Part shown: positions 57,352 through 64,000 of the stretch, piece by piece
How positions within the stretch are numbered: the first letter of the stretch is position 1
How the letters are laid out: each line of letters begins with the position of its first letter
The notes under the pieces: generated by a model
Databases searched by the model: none
Seen by the model: only the letters and a program-made list of their open reading frames with translations
Told to the model about the DNA's origin: nothing
DNA from: Bacteroidales bacterium
GTDB lineage: Bacteria > Bacteroidota > Bacteroidia > Bacteroidales > UBA7960
DNA: 64,000 nt
Reading direction: 5' to 3'
Assembly (NCBI GenBank): GCA_019429365.1
Contig: JAHYJD010000007.1
Coordinates: 5,073-69,072, forward strand
Position numbers and translations under genes: made by a program

Positions 57352-58440
57352 ATGAATCAATCCGGAGTAAAAAAGAAAGCAAGGCTGATCCTCGAAAACG
57401 GGAAGGAGTTCAATGGGGTGTCTTTCGGCTATGAGGGTTCGGTGGCAGGCGAAGTGGTTTTTAACACCGCCATGACCGGCTACCCCGAGAGTCTCACCGA
57501 CCCCTCCTACAAAGGGCAGATATTGGTGTCCACATTTCCCCTTATCGGGAATTACGGAGTACCCAAAAGGGAAATGGAGAATGGCATACTTAAAGGCTTT
57601 GAATCAGATCGGATACAGATTTCAGGCCTGATCATTTCAGATTATTCTTCGGAATACAGCCACTGGAATGCAGAACTTAGCCTCGGTGACTGGTTGAAAG
57701 AGCATAAAGTGCCTGGTATTTGCGGCATCGACACCCGTGCATTGACCAAGATCATTCGTGAGTCGGGATGCATGCTGGGGAAGATTGTTTTTGAAGATGA
57801 AATGCTTGACTGGTACGACCCCAATGCCGACAACCTTGTTGCTCAAGTGAGCGTGCCCGAAAAGAAGATTTACGGAAACGGCCGGCATCGCATTATGCTC
57901 ATTGACTGTGGGGTAAAGTTCAACATTATCAGGAGTCTGCTTGAATATGACACTACCGTGATCCGTGTGCCTTACGATTATGATTTCCTTTCGGAAGAAT
58001 ACGACGGCCTTTTTATCACCAATGGTCCGGGCGACCCGGCCATGTGCACCAAAACCATCCAACACCTATCAAAAGCTATTGTTGCAGACATTCCCATTTT
58101 CGGTATTTGTTTAGGCAATCAGCTGCTGGGCATTGCCAGCGGGGCAAGCACCTTCAAGCTGAAGTATGGCCACCGCAGTCACAACCAGCCAGTGATACAG
58201 CATGGCACCAACCAATGTTTCATTACTTCGCAGAATCATGGTTTTGCCGTGGACCACAGCAAGCTGAAAAACGACTGGGAGGTTTATTTTACCAATCTGA
58301 ACGACAACACTTGCGAAGGCATTCGCCACCGCGAAAAGCCCATATTTTCTACCCAGTTTCACCCCGAAGCCTCCGGCGGACCAACCGACACTGCTTTCCT
58401 GTTCAGCCAGTTTATTGAAATGATTGAAAAACAACGGTAA
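57352..58440 (+). CDS. carA: carbamoyl-phosphate synthase small (glutamine amidotransferase) subunit
   Basis: 362 aa with TGYPESLTDPSY, catalytic Cys in FGICLGNQLL, and the His/Glu block FSTQFHPEA. Confidence 0.92.
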   Translation: MNQSGVKKKARLILENGKEFNGVSFGYEGSVAGEVVFNTAMTGYPESLTDPSYKGQILVSTFPLIGNYGVPKREMENGILKGFESDRIQISGLIISDYSSEYSHWNAELSLGDWLKEHKVPGICGIDTRALTKIIRESGCMLGKIVFEDEMLDWYDPNADNLVAQVSVPEKKIYGNGRHRIMLIDCGVKFNIIRSLLEYDTTVIRVPYDYDFLSEEYDGLFITNGPGDPAMCTKTIQHLSKAIVADIPIFGICLGNQLLGIASGASTFKLKYGHRSHNQPVIQHGTNQCFITSQNHGFAVDHSKLKNDWEVYFTNLNDNTCEGIRHREKPIFSTQFHPEASGGPTDTAFLFSQFIEMIEKQR

Positions 58441-58452
58441 TATCTCCACAGA

Positions 58453-61400
58453 ATGAATACAAACAGTGATCTGTCAAAATCAGAAATAAAAAAAGTAATT
58501 GTGCTGGGTTCGGGTGCACTTAAGATCGGCGAGGCCGGCGAGTTCGACTACTCCGGTTCACAGGCGCTGAAAGCACTTAAGGAAGAGGGCATTGAAACCG
58601 TGCTGATCAATCCCAATATTGCTACGGTGCAAACGTCAGAAGGCATTGCCGACAAAATATACTTCCTGCCCGTAACACCCGCTTTTGTTGAACAGGTAAT
58701 CGAAAAGGAAAAGCCCCAGGGCATCCTGCTGGCATTTGGCGGGCAAACAGCACTGAACTGCGGCATAAAACTGGAAGACAGCGGCATTTTTGAAAAATTC
58801 GGCGTGAAAGTGCTGGGCACCCCGGTGCAGGCCATTAAGAACACCGAGGACCGCGACCTTTTTATTAAGAAACTTGATGAGATCAGCGTAAAAACGGCCC
58901 GCAGCCGTGCCGTGGAAAGCACTGAAGAAGCGCTGAAAGCAGCAGAGGAGATTGGCTACCCGCTGATTGTCAGGGCTGCTTTCGCCCTGGGCGGACTGGG
59001 CAGCGGCTTTGCCTCAACCAATGATGAGCTAGAAAAACTTTGTCAAAGCGCCTTTGCTTATTCCTCGCAAGTACTTATTGAAGAATCCCTCAAGGGCTGG
59101 AAGGAGATTGAATATGAGGTGGTGCGCGACCGGTACAACAACTGCATCACGGTATGCAACATGGAAAACTTCGACCCCCTGGGAATACATACGGGCGAAA
59201 GCATCGTAGTGGCACCATCGCAAACCCTGTCGAACAGCGAGTACCATAAGCTCAGGCAATTGTCCATCGACATTATCCGCCACATTGGTGTGGTGGGCGA
59301 GTGCAACGTGCAGTATGCACTGCATCCCGAATCGGAAGACTACCGAGTGATCGAGGTCAACGCCCGGCTTTCGCGCTCCAGCGCACTGGCATCAAAGGCC
59401 ACTGGCTACCCGCTGGCATTCGTGGCTGCAAAGCTGGCCCTGGGTTATGGGTTGCACGAACTAAAAAACTCTGTGACCAAAACCACTTCGGCCTTTTTCG
59501 AACCGGCCCTCGACTATATCGTTTGCAAGATTCCGCGCTGGGACTTGGGTAAGTTCTCGGGCGTGTCGAAGCAGATTGGAAGCAGCATGAAAAGTGTGGG
59601 CGAAGTGATGGCCATTGGTCGCAACTTCGAAGAGGCCATTCAGAAGGGACTGCGCATGATCGGGCAAGGCATGCACGGATTTGTGGGAAACTCCGACATT
59701 CATTTCGATAATGTGGAGGAAGAACTCCAAAAGCCAACCGACATGCGCATTTATGCCATCAGTGCCGCCCTGGAGGAAGGATACAGCATTGACCGCATCC
59801 ACGAGCTGACCAAAATCGACAAATGGTTCCTGAACGGCCTGAAAAACATTCAGCAAGTTAAGGATCAACTTCAGCAAATAGATTCGCTGGAAGAAATCCC
59901 GGATGTTTTGCTTCTGGAGGCCAAAGTGAGGGGGTTTTCCGATTTTCAGATCGTGCGCATGGTGCTCAATTGCCTGCCCATTGAAATAGAAACCCAAATG
60001 AACATCCTCCGGAATCTTCGCAAGCAAAGGGGCATTGTGCCCTCAGTTAAGCAGATTGACACCATGGCTGCCGAGTATCCTGCACAGACCAACTACCTCT
60101 ACCTGACCTACTCTGGCTCGGAACATGATGTGGCGTTCAGCCACGATCAGAAATCAGTGGTGGTACTTGGTTCAGGGGCCTACCGCATTGGCAGCAGCGT
60201 AGAGTTCGACTGGTGCGGGGTCAACGCTTTGCAAACCATCTCGAAAACAGGCATGCGTTCGGTCATGATCAATTACAATCCCGAAACGGTTAGCACCGAT
60301 TTCGATGTGTGCGACCGGCTTTATTTCGAAGAGCTTTCCCTGGAAAGGGTTTTGGATATCGTAGACCTGGAAACCCCGAAGGGCGTAATCGTTTCCACCG
60401 GCGGGCAGATACCCAACAACCTGGCCATGCGCCTATTCAGGCAGGAAGTTCCCATTTTGGGCACCTCTCCCCTTTCCATCGATCAGGCCGAAGACCGCAA
60501 CAAGTTTTCGGCCATGCTCGACAGGCTGGGCATTGACCAGCCCCGCTGGAGCGAACTCACCAGCATTGAAGAGATCAATCGCTTTGCCGACAAGGTGGGA
60601 TTTCCGCTGCTCATCAGGCCTTCCTATGTTTTATCGGGCGCCGCCATGAACGTGGTTTCCAACAAAACCGAAATGGAGCAGTTCCTTTCGCTGGCCACCA
60701 AAGTTTCGAAGCAGCACCCGGTAGTAGTTACCGAGTTTATTGAAGGCGCCAAGGAAATTGAGATCGATGCGGTGGCTGATCACGGCGAGATCATTGCCTA
60801 TGCCTTTAGCGAGCACATCGAGTTTGCCGGGGTACATTCGGGAGACGCCACCATGGTTTTTCCGCCACAGAAACTTTATTTCGAAACCATTCGCCGCATC
60901 AAGAAGATCAGCAAGGCCATAGCAGCTGAGCTTAATATTTCGGGGCCTTTCAACATGCAGTTCCTGGCAAAGGACAACGAAATCAAGGTGATTGAATGCA
61001 ATCTCAGGGCATCAAGAAGTTTTCCATTTGTTTCCAAGGTTCTGAAGGTCAATTTCATAGAGCTGGCAACCAAAATCATGCTGGGACTGAAGGTCGAAAA
61101 ACCCGGCAAGTCCATTTTCGACCTCGACTACATTGGTATCAAGGCGCCGCAATTCAGCTTCTCCAGGCTTGCCAAGGCCGATCCTGTTCTCGGAGTAGAA
61201 ATGGCCTCCACCGGCGAGGTAGGCTGTCTTGGCGACACCTTTTACGAGGCCATACTCAAGGCCATGCTGTCGGTGGGCTACACCATCCCTAAAAAGAATA
61301 TTTTGCTCAGCACCGGCCCCATGCGTTCAAAGGTAGAACTCGTGAACTCCTGCAAGATACTTATTGAGAAAGGCTACAACCTTTTTGCCACCCGTGGCAC

Positions 61401-61695
61401 GGCCAATTTCCTGCAACTGAACGGCATCCATGCCGAACCCCTTCATTGGCCCGACGAAGACGCCAAGCCCAATGTGCTCGACTACCTTCGGAACAAAATG
61501 ATCGACCTGGTGATAAACATCCCGAAAGACAACAGCCAGTCGGAGCTTTTCAATGATTATGAGATCAGGCGCAACGCCATAGATTTCAACATTCCGCTTA
61601 TTACCAATGCCAGGCTGGCCAGCGCTTTCATTTATGCCTTTTGCAAATACCAACCCGGTGAAATAAAAATTAAAAGCTGGGACGAATACAATTAA
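58453..61695 (+). CDS. carB: carbamoyl-phosphate synthase large subunit
   Basis: 1080 aa with duplicated ATP-grasp halves (VLGSGALKIGEAGEFDYSG and VLGSGAYRIGSSVEFDWCG) and a C-terminal MGS-like domain. Confidence 0.95.
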   Translation: MNTNSDLSKSEIKKVIVLGSGALKIGEAGEFDYSGSQALKALKEEGIETVLINPNIATVQTSEGIADKIYFLPVTPAFVEQVIEKEKPQGILLAFGGQTALNCGIKLEDSGIFEKFGVKVLGTPVQAIKNTEDRDLFIKKLDEISVKTARSRAVESTEEALKAAEEIGYPLIVRAAFALGGLGSGFASTNDELEKLCQSAFAYSSQVLIEESLKGWKEIEYEVVRDRYNNCITVCNMENFDPLGIHTGESIVVAPSQTLSNSEYHKLRQLSIDIIRHIGVVGECNVQYALHPESEDYRVIEVNARLSRSSALASKATGYPLAFVAAKLALGYGLHELKNSVTKTTSAFFEPALDYIVCKIPRWDLGKFSGVSKQIGSSMKSVGEVMAIGRNFEEAIQKGLRMIGQGMHGFVGNSDIHFDNVEEELQKPTDMRIYAISAALEEGYSIDRIHELTKIDKWFLNGLKNIQQVKDQLQQIDSLEEIPDVLLLEAKVRGFSDFQIVRMVLNCLPIEIETQMNILRNLRKQRGIVPSVKQIDTMAAEYPAQTNYLYLTYSGSEHDVAFSHDQKSVVVLGSGAYRIGSSVEFDWCGVNALQTISKTGMRSVMINYNPETVSTDFDVCDRLYFEELSLERVLDIVDLETPKGVIVSTGGQIPNNLAMRLFRQEVPILGTSPLSIDQAEDRNKFSAMLDRLGIDQPRWSELTSIEEINRFADKVGFPLLIRPSYVLSGAAMNVVSNKTEMEQFLSLATKVSKQHPVVVTEFIEGAKEIEIDAVADHGEIIAYAFSEHIEFAGVHSGDATMVFPPQKLYFETIRRIKKISKAIAAELNISGPFNMQFLAKDNEIKVIECNLRASRSFPFVSKVLKVNFIELATKIMLGLKVEKPGKSIFDLDYIGIKAPQFSFSRLAKADPVLGVEMASTGEVGCLGDTFYEAILKAMLSVGYTIPKKNILLSTGPMRSKVELVNSCKILIEKGYNLFATRGTANFLQLNGIHAEPLHWPDEDAKPNVLDYLRNKMIDLVINIPKDNSQSELFNDYEIRRNAIDFNIPLITNARLASAFIYAFCKYQPGEIKIKSWDEYN

Positions 61696-61779
61696 AGTCC
61701 AGCTTTTCTTCACGTAAAAATTAATGCTAAACCTTTTCAAGGGTTTTTGGTTAATTTTGCCATACCAAATCCAAACAAA

Positions 61780-63429
61780 ATGAAGAAAATATTATTAGTT
61801 GCTGCGCTCGTAATAGTGGCTGCTTCCGCTTTTTATTGCAATACCAGGAAGACTGAAGCTGACCTGATTGTGCATAACGCCAACGTTTACCTTGTTGACG
61901 AGGCTTTCTCAACTGCTGAAGCTTTCGCGGTAAAAGACGGCAAAATTGTTGAAACCGGCAGCAGCAAGGCGATATTGAAGAAATTCACCTCCAGTGTGAT
62001 CACCGATATGGAAGGTGCCTTTGTTTACCCCGGCCTGATCGATCCGCACAGCCATTTCTTTGGCTATGGACGCTCGCTCGCCAATGCCGACCTTATGGGT
62101 GTGGCCTCTTTCGAGGAAATCATAGAGATACTTCAACAGCATCATGAAAAATACCCCTCAGAATGGCTGCTTGGCCGTGGCTGGGACCAAAACCTCTGGC
62201 CAGTGAAGGAGTTTCCGCACCGCAGCCAGCTAGACGCCGTCTTTCCGGACATACCCGTGCTGCTCACCCGCGTGGATGGCCATGCCGCCATCGCCAACAC
62301 CGAAGCCCTCCGCCGGGCCGGCATCACCGCACGCACCCGGATGGCAGGTGGTGATGTGATCGTGCGTAATGGTGAACCCACCGGCATCCTGATCGACAAC
62401 GCCATTGGGTTGGTTCGCCGTCAAATCCCCGCTCCCACCTTACAGGATGAGATCAACGCCCTGCTCAACGCCCAGACCAACACTTTTGCCGTGGGACTCA
62501 CCAGCGTGAGCGATGCCGGATTGGCCACCCAGGCCGTGCGCCTGATCGACTCGCTGCAGCAGGCCGGTGCCATGAAAACCAGGATATACGCCATGCTTAG
62601 CCCAACGGAAGAAAATTTTGAAACCTTCGTTAAAAACGGTCCATATAAAACCGATTATCTCAATGTACGCTCCGTGAAACTTTTTGCTGATGGCGCCCTG
62701 GGCTCGCGCGGTGCCAGGCTCATTGAAGATTATTCTGACGAGCCCGGCAATGCCGGACTGCTGGTCGAGACGCCTGATGTCATGGCCGAGGTATCGCGCA
62801 AAGCCTTTGAGCATGGCTACCAGGTTGCCACCCACGCCATTGGCGATTCGGCCAACCGGCTCATGCTTCACATCTACGGCGAGATTCTCAAAGACAAGAA
62901 CGACCTGCGATGGCGCATTGAGCACGCACAGATCGTGCACCCCGACGACTTCGACCTTTTCGGCAAGTACAGCATCATTCCCTCCATACAAACCACCCAC
63001 GCCACAAGCGATATGATATGGGCTTATGACCGTCTGGGGACAGAGCGCATGAAAGGAGCTTATGCCTATCAACAGTTACTGCAACAAAATGGCTGGCTGC
63101 CCAACGGCAGCGACTTCCCCGTGGAGCGCATCAACCCCTTGTATGGCTTTTACGCTGCCTTTGCCCGCAAAAACCACGATGGCTATCCCGAAGGCGGTTT
63201 CCAGATGGAGAACGCCCTCACCCGCGAGCAAGCCATGCGTGGCATGACCATCTGGGCCGCCAAAGCGCAATTTGAAGAACATGAAAAAGGCAGCCTGGAG
63301 CCCGGCAAATTCGCCGACTTCATTGTGGTAGAAAAAGACCTGATGACCATGCCCGCCGAAGAGATCCTAACCCTGCCCATAAAATACACTTTCGTAAATG
63401 GCCAAAGGGTGTTTGCATCAGGAAATTAA
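61780..63429 (+). CDS. metal-dependent amidohydrolase (YtcJ-like)
   Basis: It has a signal/lipoprotein-like N-terminus from the ATG at 61780. Metal ligand blocks are GLIDPHSHF, ATHAIGDSAN and IEHAQIV, plus a C-terminal GSLEPGKFADF. Confidence 0.8.
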   Translation: MKKILLVAALVIVAASAFYCNTRKTEADLIVHNANVYLVDEAFSTAEAFAVKDGKIVETGSSKAILKKFTSSVITDMEGAFVYPGLIDPHSHFFGYGRSLANADLMGVASFEEIIEILQQHHEKYPSEWLLGRGWDQNLWPVKEFPHRSQLDAVFPDIPVLLTRVDGHAAIANTEALRRAGITARTRMAGGDVIVRNGEPTGILIDNAIGLVRRQIPAPTLQDEINALLNAQTNTFAVGLTSVSDAGLATQAVRLIDSLQQAGAMKTRIYAMLSPTEENFETFVKNGPYKTDYLNVRSVKLFADGALGSRGARLIEDYSDEPGNAGLLVETPDVMAEVSRKAFEHGYQVATHAIGDSANRLMLHIYGEILKDKNDLRWRIEHAQIVHPDDFDLFGKYSIIPSIQTTHATSDMIWAYDRLGTERMKGAYAYQQLLQQNGWLPNGSDFPVERINPLYGFYAAFARKNHDGYPEGGFQMENALTREQAMRGMTIWAAKAQFEEHEKGSLEPGKFADFIVVEKDLMTMPAEEILTLPIKYTFVNGQRVFASGN

Positions 63430-63602
63430 AAAATGGCCTTTCTGATCAATAAAACTCACGGTGTGACTTCAAGTCACCCCGTGAGTGGCTTTTATAGTTG
63501 CCTCTCCACTTCACTTCGTTTCAATGGGTTGTTAGGCTAACATTTCCTGGCAAAAGAAAACAAAAATGGAGACTTATCGTTAAATTTGCAGGAGATAAAC
63601 CA

Positions 63603-63824
63603 ATGGAAATCATGAACATTATAGAAAAAAGGGACTTCATTCACAGTTACTTGCATTATGCGGATGAAAAAACCATTGACGAGTTTTATGAAAAGCTTCA
63701 GAAAGAGGAGGTTTTAAGGGCAAAGCTTGAAAGCAGGGCTGCCAAAGCCGAGGATGACATTCGTTCTGGGAGAATTTTTTCCCGAACAGAATTGGAGCAA
63801 CGCACGGCAACTATTGGAAAATAG
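63603..63824 (+). CDS. small antitoxin-like protein (orphan)
   Basis: 73 aa from the ATG at 63603. The C-terminal block AKAEDDIRSGRIFSRTELEQ resembles antitoxins paired with ParE/RelE toxins in Bacteroidota, from my recollection. Confidence 0.4.
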   Translation: MEIMNIIEKRDFIHSYLHYADEKTIDEFYEKLQKEEVLRAKLESRAAKAEDDIRSGRIFSRTELEQRTATIGK

Positions 63825-63868
63825 ATATTTTTGACTCCAGGCAAGACCCCGAGAAAATGAAGGGATAA
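63821..63868 (+). pseudogene. C-terminal remnant of a RelE/ParE-type toxin
   Basis: The other frame (offset by one base) reads IDIFDSRQDPEKMKG-stop. FD(T/S)RQ(D/N)P is the usual C-terminal signature of these toxins. The frame has no start, and a stop lies 22 codons upstream. Confidence 0.4.
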
Positions 63869-64000
63869 CCTAATGCTTTAAAGATATCTTTGCCTCATCT
63901 CAATCTAAAAGTTTTTTTTAAGTGTTCCATGACCAAGTTTTGGTGTGATTCGGTATCTCATTTTGAAATTCTGCAAAAAATTATAGCTTTGCTAAACACA

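Noticed and set aside
57348-57357. ATTCATGAAT at the carA start considered as a bona fide ARG box.
   Set aside because: The half-site words are in the wrong relative order and spacing for a single 18-bp box. I kept it only as a remark inside a low-interest finding.

Overview
This 64-kb chromosomal segment looks like an anaerobic member of the Bacteroidota. Supporting signs are RNase Y, an ECF sigma/anti-sigma set, DUF2851-, DUF4382- and DUF5916-type genes, lipoprotein signal peptides ending in S-C, and TAnnTTTG-type -7 boxes. I call about 55 protein genes, 3 tRNAs (Cys-GCA, Gln-CUG, Thr-CGU) and a candidate 6S-type RNA. I also call a candidate Trp-codon leader ORF upstream of a stand-alone trpB2-type gene, and many hairpin terminators. 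I saw no rRNA, CRISPR array, transposase or integrase. Gene content by region:
- 1-17 kb: a glutamate and NAD(P)H redox block. It holds two glutamate dehydrogenase paralogs flanking a tandem pair of sensor/receiver-fused PPDK_N-type ATP-grasp proteins. These are followed by a NuoE/NuoF-like pair and a large 2Fe-2S + GltD-like + NuoG-like fusion protein.
- 17-34 kb: thioredoxin-fold proteins, rny, zapA, two orphan HisKA_2-type kinases, trxB, two outer-membrane barrel paralogs, a serpin, and OsmC-family proteins.
- 34-46 kb: folB, glnS with tRNA-Gln, a DNA methyltransferase islet, an ECF sigma cluster, tag, a GNAT, ybaK-like, trpB2 and ferritin.
- 46-52 kb: a cluster of Rrf2 regulator, ferredoxin, hcp, porin, Bfd-like protein and two cupins.
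- 52-64 kb: a serine hydrolase, a DUF5916-type protein, argR-carA-carB, an amidohydrolase, and an orphan antitoxin with a toxin remnant.
The most interesting candidates are:
- the uncharacterised receiver-fused ATP-grasp pair wedged between the two gdh genes;
- the unusual GltD/NuoG fusion with bifurcating-type NuoEF partners;
- an identical 15-mer upstream of gdh paralog 1 and of the NuoE-like operon;
- the Trp-rich leader ORF;
- a dispersed family of modular intergenic elements built from tandem 7-nt words.
All functional calls rest on motif recognition by eye. No database search was run.
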